A stretch of DNA of 64,000 nucleotides from Spizellomyces punctatus DAOM BR117 (taxonomy: Eukaryota). Position numbers and translations under genes: made by a program. Shown here piece after piece: positions 13,545 through 26,663 of the stretch; the stretch's first letter is position 1, and the number at the start of each line of letters is the position of its first letter. The stretch lies in the NCBI GenBank assembly GCA_000182565.2, contig KQ257470.1; one strand, written 5' to 3'. The notes under the pieces are model-generated. The model had not been told where the DNA came from. It worked only from the letters and a program-made list of their open reading frames with translations, and ran no database searches.

Positions 13545-16500
13545 TCACCGAGGCCGTGCATCCCGCGGTCGCCATGAAGAGACACCCGATCCGCTGTCCC
13601 GTGAAGGATGGTACGAATCTCCACCAAATCTCTCTCTCTCAGCACGCTCGCGGTCCCTATCCCGGTCGGGCTGATACGAGTCCCGTTCTCCTCTGTCACG
13701 ATCGCGCTCCGGTTGATATGAATCTCGTTCTGTTCGCTCACGGTCAGGCTGGTATGAATCCCTTTCAGTGCGTTCAGTTCGTTCCCGCTCTGGTTGATAC
13801 GAATCCCTATCACGCTCGCGAGAATATGAATAGCGTTCTCGATCGCGATCTCTGTCCCAGGTGCCCGATCCAGGACGGTACGAATTGAAGCTTCCTTCTC
13901 GATCTCCTCGATCGCGCTCCCGTTCTCTCCCATCCCAATGTCTCTCCCGCTCCTTGGATCCTGCTCGGTCTCGATCACCTCTGTCTCGATCACGCTCCCT
14001 GTCCCGCCCTCCGCTACTCAATGGGCTCCATCCACGCGATCCGTCCCGTTCCAGACGTCGGGAAGCCACGCCTGGAGAACTGGGCTCGCGTGACGGACGG
14101 TCCCCGTACAACGATGTATACAACGGCGTGCTTCCAAAGTAGCCAGAACGTCTCGTGCGGTCCTGCCGACCAGAGGATGTTGATCGACGGTCCATGCTAT
14201 CAGAGACTTCTCCTTCCTCGACATCATCTTTATCGCTGGTGATAGTACTCGCCGGGGCTGACCGCGACGTAGACTGCTGACGTCCATCTACGGATGATGA
14301 CCGCGACGATACACGGGAGCTGGTGGATCGATGCGGGCTGGCGATTGTTTCTGCGGTTGCCGTTTTGGATGCCTCAGACCCAATGTCTCGCCTGCCTGTG
14401 CCTTTTGCATTCTTGGCTGGCTCGGAGACGCTCGAATCTACTGGCGATTTGCCATCTGCATCTTGATTTGACTGAATATCATCTGCTTGCTTGACAAGCT
14501 TAACTGGGGTTCGCTCACGGGTGGTGTACTGCGGGCTCCTGTCGGTTTCCTTTGGTTGATCATTTTTGTTCTCCTGATCCTCTCCACTACCTGCGACTTT
14601 ATCATCCCCGGCTTTCACATCGGAGGGAGTCTGCCCAAGCTCCGGGGTTTGTGGCTTTGGTATCTCTGGTGGAACGTCTGCATTTTGCTGCTCTTGCTCT
14701 TCGCCCGCGCCTTCCAGTGACGGTGGGGTAGGTTCGGTTGAAGTGGAAGTCACACTAGGAAGTTTACCCTTCTGTCTCAAATATTCCTGTAAACCAATGC
14801 GCCGTGGTGCAGGCTTCACTTCTGCTGGTGCTTCAATTTCCGCAATTGGTTCTGCGGTAAGTTTCTCAACCGCTCTTGGTGGCTCCTCCATTTCCTCCGT
14901 ATTGTCCGTTTTCGGTTCGGAAGGTATTTCAGGTTTCTCCAGGGATGGCGGGGTCACATCTCTTTTCGCTTCTTCTGGCGCCCTTTCAGTTGGTGTCGGT
15001 GGCTCTTCCTCCGGTGACATGGACTTCTTTATGGTCTCTTCCTCGTTTACTTCAGCTTTGTCGTTTGAGATATTTTTGGGACTATCTCGAGGTTCGATCT
15101 CCATGTTGCTTGTCGACGTCTCCTCCTTATCCACCGTTGCCTCTTGTATCGGTCGTTCTACCTCGTCCGAATCACGTCCTGTGGGACTATGCAAGACAAG
15201 CTTGTTTGAAACACTGGCTTCGATCTCACCACTTGGCGACGAAGACAACCCTCGGCTTTTTGCTGCATTCTCAGCTTCTGCTGCGACGTTGTCACTCAAT
15301 GATTCTCGTCCACCCTCAGTAGAAAGATCCATCGGCTGCGTCGTCGTGCCTGTCGGAGAGGCCTTTTCCTCAGAAGACCGCTGAGCTTTCTCGTCGTTCC
15401 GAGCAGGCGTTTCATGTGAACTCATTATACTGCTGGGCGCACCGGACATTGCACCGTTGGTCACCACCAACTTGTCGCCTTCACGTTCACGCTGAACAGC
15501 ATGCACCGCATTGTCGGCTTCCTGCGTTGTTTCTCCCTCAGCTGCATTCTCCGATTGTTCAACACCTTCCATCGGTACGGCGACATCAACATCATCCCCA
15601 GCTTCATTCCCTTCCTTTCCTTCTTTAAGTACAGCTTTCCGAATATTCTCTCGATTGATACGATTCAAACTATCTAGACAGCGGAGAAGAACATTGTATT
15701 TTTTGCATGTTTCCTGGTAGCGTTCCATTTTGGTCGCTACAGTCGTGGTCATGTAGGTGCTCATTGCATCATATTTTGAAATGAGGTTGGGAGTAAGCTC
15801 GGAAAACTCTGACACGCGTTCGGCAGTTGGGTCTGAGGGTAACAATGAGGAGAAGGACAATTCGTCAAAAGGAGAGCAGAAGATCATGCTAACCGAAGAC
15901 AAAGATGTTAACACATATTCCAATCATCCGAAGAACGTAGAATTACCTGTGAGAGCTATTCACCCGTCGAAGAAAGTCGGATCGCTGGCCTGGGAAAACT
16001 TGAATGTTCTCGTCTGGGATGCGGCGGATTTCCTGGGCCAATTTAGAATCCGTTTTCACCTGCCCCACAAGAGTCAGGATGGCTTCCGCAGCTGATAGTG
16101 CCATAACTTGACAGTACCTTTTTGCTTCCTCTGTCCGTCGGTATGTCAGCGGTACTTTTTCTCTTTCGGGGTGCAATGCCGTTGTTGGTGTCTTGCAGCG
16201 GTGATGGATGTGCCAGCGTTGCAAGCACCTCTGCACCATTCAAATCTCCCTTAACATGTTCTGCCACTGTGTCACGAATGAAACTCTCGTGCAACTTTTC
16301 AATGTCTTTCAACTCTGGAAAGCCAGATGCAGTTTCGGCAGACAAGAAAGGGAACTGCCCGCTGCTACCTGCTAACTCGGCAATGAGCTGGTCGGTGTTG
16401 ATGGACGGCGACTGGTAAGAAAAAATGGCTGATGAACCCGCTAGCGGGCTACCTAGGTCAAACTATGTTAGACATGCGAACTCACTAATCGAGTGCAAAC

Positions 16501-17113
16501 GTCAGACACACGAACCCCTCACACAGACCAATCCCACCAAATCTTTCAGGATTACCGATGCTTCATCCACAAACTCTGATGTACCACCACTCGTCTCCGA
16601 GGATAGCTCTTTTTTCCAGTTAAGGAGAAACGTGCGAAACAACGCACGTTGGAAAACTTCGAAATAAATGGTCGCCATGTCATGGGAGATGTGGCCAAGG
16701 GAATTCACTGTGTTTCCAAAGTCCCGCCGGAAAGGTGCAGCCTGAAAACTCTGGATAAGCATGCCACATGTCTTCATTGCTTCTGACTAGTAGTGAGATC
16801 CTCCTTACTGCAAACCACCCGATCACCGTTTGGCCGTGTAAGCTGAGCAATTGTGAAAGGGCAGGAACCAAGTCGTTGCCGCTGGCGTGGAAAGGAACAA
16901 AACCCTTTACATGGACGACAAGCTCTTCGTCGTCGCACATTTCACGAACTCCAAAGAGAATTGCTTGGAAGAATTCTGCCTGGCCCTCGGCATGGAGGGC
17001 TAGGAAAATGTCTGTAAAGAGTCGAGTTATGGGACCATATTGAACATACAGGAACTATCGCTGCCCTACTCACCTTTCGACATTTGTACCGTGGGATATA
17101 ATCTGCTAGCCAT
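13545..17113 (-). CDS. large multi-exon hypothetical protein: globular N-terminus (weakly MPN-like VIGWF), long acidic disordered region, RD/RE-rich repeat tail
   Basis: ATG 17113 (MASRLYPTVQMSK) followed by GTGAGT; ORFs 16680-16940, 16502-16777, 16043-16345, 15943-16239 and 13545-15923 can be linked by GT-AG introns. Confidence 0.65.
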
Positions 17114-17840
17114 GATCCTCCAGAGATCTATCGCCTTGCTCTTTGGCCGAGATCCGCCCCAACTTGGCCAAGGTTTGATTTCGTGGATCAAAAATGCAAA
17201 GGTCGCGCTTCCACGGGCGGCAGAAGTGAGTTTAAGGTTCTTGTAGATTTCACGCCTGGATATAAAGTCTTTTTTGCGATGCTTTCAACAAGAGTATTAT
17301 GCTTTGTTTGTTGAAGCATATGAAATACATATCTATCCATGCAGGTCTGTCATCGTTTTGTTGCGTTTTGCTGCACGTCCTTGTCCAGCAACCATTCGTC
17401 CATCAGTGCTGTTTGTCCTTTGTGTATTTTGTCCCAGCTCTATCCACAGTCCTTTGTCTGTCATGGCATTGTTGCTTTTGAATTTTCTTTAGCACATACT
17501 CCATCAGTATCATTTACTTTGCTACACAGATGCTATTTCATTCAAATGTTTTAGGCAAGAGTCTGTTTTATTGGGTTAATATAAAAATATCAGTTGGTTA
17601 ACTATCAGCAGACTGGTAAGGGCGATCGTTCTCCACTCTCCTCAAATCACCATCGATCGATAGGGTTCCCAGATGGTATTGGTGTAAGGGTGATATCGCT
17701 TTCAGAAAGTCGCCTTTTCAGTAGCTAACTCAACACTTATGATTACGCAAGTGAGGCTTGTAAGGAATCCGAAAGCATCGGACTGTGGCGAGACAACCTG
17801 CTCGTTGCGATCTCGGACCAAATCGCCCAGGCTAAGAAAG

Positions 17841-20641
17841 ATGCCTACCGGACCGCCCACGTCTCCGTGGCCTCGGCACCTTTTCAACGAGTCTGGTCAA
17901 GTTGAATCTAGCGTCCTAGCCTCGCTCGAGGAGTCCTCCTCCCAAGTTCCTCAGTCAACCTTGTCGCTCACAGATATACTCAACGTCCCTACTGAGTTTA
18001 TCGTACACGGTGTTCGGAATAAGTGCGAAGCGGCTTTATTGCTGGATATCGGACACTGTGGGTTCAAGCTTGACAGATTGATGGAATGGGAACGTGAACG
18101 CGCTTACAGGGAAAAGGTTGGTTGAGCTGCGTAAACCAGTCTCCTCAAAGTCCCTGCACGTCTTATTATTCGGCTTGTTCGTGTTATTAATACCTTCATT
18201 TCTTTCATGTTCTTCTCCAGGTTATCACTGATTGTAAAGACGCGGTAGCGGCAATCTCTCTACCGATTGAAGACTACCCGATCCCTGTAGTCCTTCACAG
18301 AACGTTCACACCTTCACTCCCCATCTTAAGTAAAACGCCTGTTTAAATTTGTGCTAGTCTTTTGGGATATCATGCTAATTGTGCTCCGTGCAACATGATA
18401 GGTTCAGCATTAACTAAGGTGCGACAACAGCAGCGTTACCTCCTAGATCAAATGAATCAAACGCTTTCCGAGCTCGCCCGCCACAGAGCAGCTTGTGCAC
18501 AATTCGCAGAGGTCAACATGGGAATGGCAAGAGAAATCAGTTGTGCTGGGGTAACTGGGTTGGCGGTTACGAAATATGTCCTGTAAGTTCTGTAGCACAT
18601 CTTTTTGCGTGTCCATCAGTCATTAAATCATTTTGACAGAGCGGACGTCCAGCATGCTCTTGTATCCCGCATCTTGAGCATCATGTCAGGGGCCGATATT
18701 GTAGGCGATGATGCAAAAAGCTGGGACGTACTGCTGGAAGACCTTCGACAGAGACGAACAGCTGAAATTCACGCCACATCATCTTCTCCTGGAGCGGCTT
18801 CCGAAGGCTTCCGAAAGCGGAAGCGGGGGAGCCACTCGCCGGATGTGGAGGACCTGCATCATTCACCGAGGAAACCACGCTTAGATGTTACTCTTCTAGT
18901 TCCGGAAACCCCGTTCGTGGAGGCTCGAATATCCAAAGCAACGCATGATCCTCCGTCGAGTGTCAGTCCTGCAGGATCAGATATGATCGTGGTGGATGAG
19001 ACCACACATGTGAGCCATGCGGTATCTTCAGCCTCTACTGATTCCCCCTCCCTGATGGTTCGCAAACATTTGAAGAATCCTACGACTGTCATCGAAGAGA
19101 GTAAGACCGATCGGGATTCGCGTAGTCTTACCGAAACACATGCTAAAGAACAACGAGAGATGCAACACTCTGAGTCATTGCAGCCGCATTGCTATCCCCG
19201 CCGCCAAGACTTCATACAGCTCGAGAAGGGATATGTCAGATCTAATACACTACTTGAGCATGACCAGAGCAGCAAAAGCAAAGGTCTGGGGGGATCCTTT
19301 ATCATAACTTCCACGCCTCTAGAGAACGACGGGTCTCGTCTCCCCCACACACAGGCAGCGGATGATCGATCGTTGCGCAGGCAGCATAGAGATACACAAG
19401 GGAGTAACACGACCATGGGCATCTCGGCAGAAGGTTGCGCAATCGAGATGGAAATGCCATCCATTCGCATTAGCCAGCTATCATCTCAAGAAGGTGCAGA
19501 TGCTGATAACACAAGTCAAAAGAGTTCAGAATTCAACGATAGGGAGGACGTTGAACGTGGGGACGGTGGTCATGAAGACAACGGAGAGCAGACACATGAA
19601 AATCGAAGTGTCGCCGAACTCGGGCGACAAATCTCTGGTGTCCGCTTCGTTGCAAGGAAGCCCGAGAAGTGGCAAAACAACGCAACTGGACACTTTTCCC
19701 CATCAAATGACAGTCACCACAGAGAAGACGGTAGCCAGGAAAGCTCCAAACGCGACACGACAAAAAGTCAAACGGATTCAGATCCTGTATCGAGAGAACT
19801 ATACGATACTACAACCGCGGGTGCTCACGAGGTGCGAGAAATACTTCACGGCCACTGGCAGATGAGCCAGAAGGATGTGGCGCTGCCGATAATCTCCACT
19901 ATTCCCGCAGAAGATGATGATCATGAAGACCATCTCCAATACACAACTCAAAAGCACGATAACTCGCGCACTTCAAGCCATTGCGAAGCTCCCGCACCTC
20001 CTTTGCTACTACGGCGGGTCCGAAGCGAAGTTACACCCCGTCAACGGCACCGCACATTCGACCCCATGTCAAGTGCCATTGATAAAGAGAATGCGGAGGC
20101 TTTGCTGGACGAATGGTCGCCAGTGCTAACTTTGGGGAAGCAAAGAAGAGGTCAATCAGCTCCTCCATCACCCAATCGAGCAACAGATATACTTAATCCC
20201 CAGAGCCGAGAATCTCGGGTCCTTCGCGAGGCAGCGCCACAAACCCTTTCAGGTAACTCCAATGCAACCTCAAGTTCCCTCGACCAAACCAGCGGGACCA
20301 GCCTACGGGATCAATGGTCACAAGTTAATTCGAGTGGAGACGAAAAACGACAGCAAGCGGAGCCCAATCCGACGCCATCTCTATCGTTGGTATTGTCACT
20401 CTCTCCAGTGTCACCGTCATCCACTGGTGGAAAACAAAGCAATGCTTTGAAGAGCCTTGATTTTTTTGGTCTTTGTGATCCGAGCCCTGATTTGGCAGCA
20501 ACGGGCGCAGATGACCAAGAGAATCGATACGGAGGCGGAACATTGTCTTCAGGTTCTCCGAGGGTGACATTTGCCTCGTCTCCCCATTTTTATACCTGCG
20601 CAGAAGTTCAACATGGTGACGAGTCTAGTGCTAGTTTGTGA
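17841..20641 (+). CDS. hypothetical multi-exon protein with long Ser-rich disordered C-terminus
   Basis: ORFs 17739-18125, 18362-18586 and 18605-20641 with intervening GT-AG introns; no family recognised. Confidence 0.65.
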
Positions 20642-21606
20642 TCCAAAGAGCTGTAGAACAGTAGGCAATTATTCTGAATATAGAATGCGTGACATAGACC
20701 TTGCTTGTTTGGCTTTCACGCAATTGTCGCCCCAGTATTTTCCAGGTGCTGGCTTATGCAAAATCGTATATGTTCATTACTACCCAAGTTGGGTGCTTTC
20801 CGCACACACGAACACCATCTTTCTTCCTTTATTTGTAAAAGAAGGTACTCGGCGGCCAAGCAATCAGGTTGAGGACACACTAACACCCACGTTTCGCACT
20901 TTGGCCAAAGTAGAGCCAAAGTACAAAAGAAGCTGAAAGTAGCTCAAAACCAGGCCAGCCGGTAAACCCGTCAAAAATTTGGGAGAGGATTTCAGCAGAA
21001 CTGATCTCCTCTTGTCGCTTTCGACCGATGTCACTCGGCCGAGTTATTATCCTTACTCATGAGTTGCGGCAAAGAATCAACGTGGGGACTGGGAGAAGGC
21101 GCTTTATATACGATTTGAGTTGCCATGACTACGGGAACGACCGCGAGGATATATTTGGTGGCTTTTCGCGGTCGCTGGAGGATACGGATGGACCTCTTTA
21201 ACTCAATGAATTGTTGTTCAAAAGAAGTCATGCATTGTTAGGATATAGAACTAGATGTAGACATGTTAGAGCTGGAGAGCGTTGCTCTGTTGCCTTTCTC
21301 ATGTTTTAAGAGCCGAGTTTCTAAACTTCTTTGCCAAATCTCTTTAGTATCCATTTGATGCACTGACACAATAATGCAAAAGCTTGGCAATATGAAAACA
21401 ACGTTGAAAGCGTATCAAGGCTAATTGTGAAGGGTGTCATGACCCTGTAGAGATCTGCAGAGACTGCATGGACGATGAACACTTCGTTTTCGGACGCGTT
21501 CGAACAAGAAAGTTGATATCTTCCAAATATGGTCTAATGAAGATCGAAGCGCAGTCCTCAGTGGAAAGTTGGGATGTCCGTCTTGAAGGCTGACGACGGC
21601 GAGCTT

Positions 21607-21665
21607 CCATTCCCATCCATCCCTTCCCATCCATCCATCCATCCATCCACCAGCCCTTTCCATCC
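21607..21665. repeat. imperfect (CCAT)n microsatellite upstream of SmB
   Basis: ccattcccatccatcccttcccatccatccatccatccatcc. Confidence 0.8.
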
Positions 21666-21811
21666 GCCTACGAGGCGACCTCCCCCGCCGTCCCTGTATC
21701 ATCTGCGTATCGAACGAGTGTAGATTTGTTAAATTTGCATTTCGAGAAGTTACCCACGTCGTAACCAGAAGAACTTGAGAGATCGCGTTGTTTTAACATC
21801 TACTACACAAA

Positions 21812-22890
21812 ATGGTGAGCAGATGGACCCATTCTGTCAGCTTCTCCAAGTTTTAGACAAATTATGTTCAACACTTGAATGCAATTGTGAAGATGGCTCT
21901 GCAAACCGTGCTGATCTTACCATGTTTATAGTCCATCTCGCGCAATTCAAAGATTTTGTCCCTCCTCAACTACCGCCTGCGTATCACGGTACAAGATGGC
22001 AGGACTTTGATCGGACAGATGCTTGCTTTTGACAAGCATATGAATCTGGTTTTGGCGGACTGTGAGGAGTTTCGAAAGATAAAGCCAAAGGGAAAGGAGG
22101 TACAAGTGGAGAGGGAGGAAAAGAGGACCTTGGGCTTGGTCATTTTGAGAGGAGAGACAATAGTGAGCTTGAGTGTCGAGGGACCACCCCCAGCATCGGA
22201 CGATGCAAGAGCACGTTCGGCTGCTGCAATGGCCGGCCCTGGTATGGGACGTCCGGCTGGAAGAGGTCTGCCAATGGCCCCAGCGGGAATGGCCCCAATG
22301 GGTAAGTCTTTCCTTTACTCATCCGGGGTGGGCTGTATACCAAACATTTTTTTTTTTCGCATTTAGGTCTTGGTGGTCCAGTACGCGGTGTAGGTGGTCC
22401 AGCTCCGGGTATGATGCAACCGCCTATGGGACGAGGAGTTGGTGCTCCCCCAGTTCAGTACGGTAGACCTCCTATGGGTCCCCCTCCGGGTATGGGTCGT
22501 CCAGGTGCCCCACCGATGGGTCCCCCCATGGGCGGTGCTCCACCATTCGGTCGTGGAATGCCACCTCCTCCTCCTCAAGGATTCCGTCCTCCTCCGGTAT
22601 GTCATCGCTTTTCCTCGCACCATGAATCATCGATGCTAAACTCTTTGATACATGAATAGGGTGGTCCTGGGGGCTTCAGGCCACCAATGCCGGGAATGCC
22701 CGGAGCTCCTCCCGCGATGCCAGGTATGCCGGGCATGCCGCCACCACGACCAGGGTAAGTTTGAACGACGCCTTGCTTTCTTGGGTGACCTAAGCTGAGG
22801 GACTATTATACGGCTCTAAATAGATTCCCCGCACCACCGCCTGGCTTCAGACCCCCACCAGGTGGCCCCATGCCACCTCGTCCGCAGTAG
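21812..22890 (+). CDS. SMB1: snRNP core protein SmB/B'
   Basis: [38 protein letters not shown]...LGLVILRGE plus Pro/Gly/Met-rich tail; the first coding exon is ATG only (intron 21815-21931). Confidence 0.95.
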
Positions 22891-23196
22891 ATTCCCGATC
22901 AAGCTACCCGTTACCTGTAATTCAGTTCTGACCTGCGGAAGCAAATTGTGCGCTCATCTCGCTAAACAATGGGAAGAATGCAGATCGTGTGGTTGACCAA
23001 TTTGCTATAGTCCCCCTAGGAGATAGCGTGTATAGTCTTTCTTTTTCGTGATAAATTGCTTTTACATCAGAATCGTCTTTTGCCGTGTTTTATATTAAAG
23101 GGCCGCTTTATCTTATGCCTCGGCTCCTCGGCTTCAAAATTTCCGCTACATGCCCCCTTGTGCTGACGCATCCAGTATGAAGGCAGTTGCTCTGTA

Positions 23197-25285
23197 CTAT
23201 GGTATATTGGATGATGAAGATGCTTCTACTGGAGTCGTAGGCTCCTCTGTTTTCGCTCGGATATCGGGATCCACGCTCCTCTCACGTCCTGGGTCAGCCC
23301 CATACTTTGTCAAATGTTGCACCTCTGCATCGACAAAGTTTTTCATTTCTAGCGCCATCGCATATACCTCCGAATCCTCGTTGTTGTACATGATCGCATT
23401 TGTAAACATTAATAGCAAGTCCCGATGAAACTCGGCAGTCGTCGTAGTTATCTGCCAGGGATAATTTAACCCGGGGGCGGAGGCGCACCACAACAACGAT
23501 CACTCGGACCTTACCCCTTTTCGAACGCGTGCCCGCACGACGTCCAGACTCATGGGCTGCTTTACCACCCCCGTATATCCCTCCTCCTTTACCGGCGCCG
23601 AGAAAACGTTCCCGTAACGATGATCCCCAATTTTTGCCAGTATGAAATTAACAGTTTTCTTCCATGTTTGAAGAGCCTGATCGCCTTTCATATGTCTCCT
23701 TCGTTCACCTCCACCGTCTAGGGTCGGAAGATTGACTGTCAGTCGTACCCCAACAGTAATGTTGTGACACATTCTTGAGCAAGATGGCTTACCGGAAGTT
23801 TCGGCTCCAGAGTCAGCATCCATACTCTCAGGCTCTACGCTAGGCATTTTCACCCTTGGTGTCTGAAGTGGCCCTAAAGGACGTGGAGTCTCAGAAATCC
23901 CACGTTGCACTTGCACTGTGGGAATCCGTATTATCATACCTTTCCGCGTGACAATGCCACTAGTCTTTACAGGGCTAACGCTACGTGTCGGTGACCTCCT
24001 TCGTCGTGTGTTGATAGTGGACTCTTCCAGCTCAGTCTTTGGTTCGACTGCCATCTCATCCGTGTCAGCCGTCGCAGGTGCATCATGGAATTCCTCTATC
24101 TCGGGCTCCTCGACTTCTTCCACGGCTTCCACGTTTTCCACGTCCTCCTCGTCCTCCCCTTCTTTAACTTCTTCCACTTCCTCCACCTCCATGGTATCTA
24201 TGCTCGGTGCCGGGCTTTCTTCTTCTTCCTCCTGGGGAGTTACAATCGGACTCGTTCGATCTCCACTCTCTTTGACTTCAATTTCCTCTGCCTTCAATGA
24301 CTCAGCCGAAGTTGGTTTGACGGCCGTGGTTTCGGGAGCCTCGGTGGTAGGTGGTGGGGGTGCCGTTTCTGTAGTATCGACGTCCATAGGGGTCGACTCG
24401 GGTATCGGTGTCTCTTCGCCGGTTAGCGTATCTGCAGCGGATTCTTCTTCCGTCTGTTCCATGGGAGCAGCTCCATCGGGTGGATTCTCTGTCTGCTGCG
24501 CGTCAGCCTGCTGCTGCTGTTCTTTCAATTCAGCGCGAAGCCTGTCGTCCCATCTGCCATTCTTAATCTCTTCAATCTCTTGCACAAGTTCTCTGAAATC
24601 CAATTGGTCAGATCAAATACAGCAAATATGTATGCTCCTGCTCATACAAACCTGAACTCGTTTTCATCCTCTTTCAGCAAGACCTTGATTTCATCGATGC
24701 GCTGAATATGCAGCTTTCGAGCAAGTTTTGCAACCGGCGGCATATCTGCAATATGTATTTTAATATTATTCAATTTTATCCAAAGAAATCGGGCGACTAA
24801 CCTTGCCCGCCAGCTCCGTAGGCAAATTGCTCCTCCCTATTAGTGAGATGCGCTGTATCAATTTCCCGAACGCGCGTTTACTATATGCAGCCAAACGAGG
24901 CACTGACCCTAGTACATCTGCCAACAGAGACTGGTATTGTTTTTCACAGTTCTGAGTGAACAGCACAGTTTTCGGTCAGCATGATATATTCAATCCTGGA
25001 ATATACAAGAGACGTTCATTCCCGGCAACATGAAGGCTTACTGGAAAGTGTAACAACACTTTCGACTATTCCAGGCCACTGTGAAGGACCCAACAGAGTT
25101 ACCTCGTCGGGTAGTATATTAAAACCAACCTTGGGCGAGAAGAACTCCATGGGACGCGAGATCGCCGGATGCCCTCGCAAAACTTTTGCGATTTGAGACC
25201 AACTATCATCGCCATATTTATAAACAGCTTGCGCCAGGATAAGCGATTCAAGTACGTTCCAGCCGCTTTGACCTGCTTCAGACAT
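23197..25285 (-). CDS. BRD8-like protein (N-terminal SANT-like domain + C-terminal bromodomain; NuA4-associated family)
   Basis: WNVLESLILAQAVYKYGDDSWSQIAKVL; bromodomain FSAPVKEEGYTGVVKQPMSL...FHRDLLLMFTNAIMYN. Confidence 0.8.
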
Positions 25286-25525
25286 GTCGACGAGCAAAAG
25301 GACGATGTGGCGAGGCAGGCGATCGGTGAGGGAACAGCTGGGGAATGACGCGAAACTGTGCCTCCCCTTGCCATGACAACTGGACAAATCACTCCTGCAT
25401 CCATCTATGAAGACCCAATGGCATCTCACAAACTTCGTTTGTGGAGTATATGTGACAAGCTGACAGAATCCACCCTTTTTTCTGCGAAATAAATTGCCGT
25501 GCTAGAATGCTGAATATCTGAGCAG

Positions 25526-25816
25526 ATGGCAGAAAACGCTGGCCAGAAGGCTGAATTAATGGTGTCTGACAAGTACAATTATGAGCAACGTCCTCTTGGT
25601 GTTAATCGCAAGCGAGAGGAAGACTTGCAGAGGGAAAAGATGGAGTTGCTCAGAAAAGGTTTGGCCCTTCAGGAGCGTGAGCTGCAACTGAAGGAGCATG
25701 AGGTGCGACTGCAAGAGCAAGAGCTGTGCATGAAACGACTCGAACGTGTTGACAAAATTATTGAGGTACTCCGAAGGTTGTTTGGAGAGGAGCATCCCTT
25801 TGTCAAAAGGCGATGA
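25526..25816 (+). CDS. small coiled-coil hypothetical protein
   Basis: 96-aa ATG ORF with heptad-like LQEREL/LKEHEV/LQEQEL pattern. Confidence 0.4.
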   Translation: MAENAGQKAELMVSDKYNYEQRPLGVNRKREEDLQREKMELLRKGLALQERELQLKEHEVRLQEQELCMKRLERVDKIIEVLRRLFGEEHPFVKRR

Positions 25817-26216
25817 GGCGTTTGGGTAATGCATTCGGATGCGAAAGTGTAAAACAATGACTGAGTGATATAGCACTAAGATTAAGCGCCATTGATAACG
25901 TCTCTAGCATCGCCGGCTCGGCAACAAATGAGCTGGTTTCTTTCAGACTGATGCAAGAAATATTCCGCAGCTCGCACTAGCAGTTCTATTATACATCCCA
26001 CATGATCGCATACTCTACTACAGCCCTTCACCGCCTAAATCGTTTTAATAAAAAAGCAGATGATATATGTACATATGTTCGTTCGCATGAAAGTCTCCAG
26101 TCGATCACAGCGGAAGCGGGCCCGACAGAGAAGGCAGGCGCTCCCGCTTGTTCAGTATTCTCCTCCATTTGCTCTTTCGGGTGCACTCTTCCGAAGAGTC
26201 TTCAGTTCTTTCCAGC

Positions 26217-26465
26217 TTATCTCCGCTTATCATCCTTCTTCTTAAATGAGAACGACTTCCTCGTAAACGCAAATTCCCCCAACTTCCGGTTGACCATTTG
26301 CTCCGTTACAAGCACAGGTATGTAGTCCTTTCCATTGTGCACCAAGAATTTGCGTCCTACATGGCTGGGTAAAATGGTGCTCGCCCGAGCCATGGTCTTC
26401 ACTGGCTCCCCGGCTTTAACAGCTGGGAACGGAACGAAGAATGGGCCTTTCCAAACGGAGCGCAT
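26217..26465 (-). CDS. RSM19: mitochondrial ribosomal protein uS19m
   Basis: MRSVWKGPF...[22 protein letters not shown]...[14 protein letters not shown]. Confidence 0.93.
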   Translation of the reverse strand: MRSVWKGPFFVPFPAVKAGEPVKTMARASTILPSHVGRKFLVHNGKDYIPVLVTEQMVNRKLGEFAFTRKSFSFKKKDDKRR

Positions 26466-26663
26466 TGTGTTCGAGTCGGGGGACAGGTACGGAGTAGGGG
26501 CAATGAGGTAGATGTATCGGCGATTCAAATTTGTATAGCGACTAGCAATTTCTGCCAACGAAGTGCGATTAGGATTGCTTCCATAGCAACAATGTTGAGT
26601 CAGCGTATCGTGTCCGAACCTGTCTGATCTCTTGAGGCCCATTCCTTCACACCCACAGAACTA

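Noticed and set aside
14743-15384. Long Ser-rich antisense ORFs (also 23918-24655, 3632-4114)
   Set aside because: Reverse-frame shadows of Glu/Asp-rich coding sequence.
16770-16830. VIGWFAVRR read as an Abraxas-type motif
   Set aside because: The VRR part probably lies in an intron (GCA|GTAAGG), so the evidence is too thin to name the gene.
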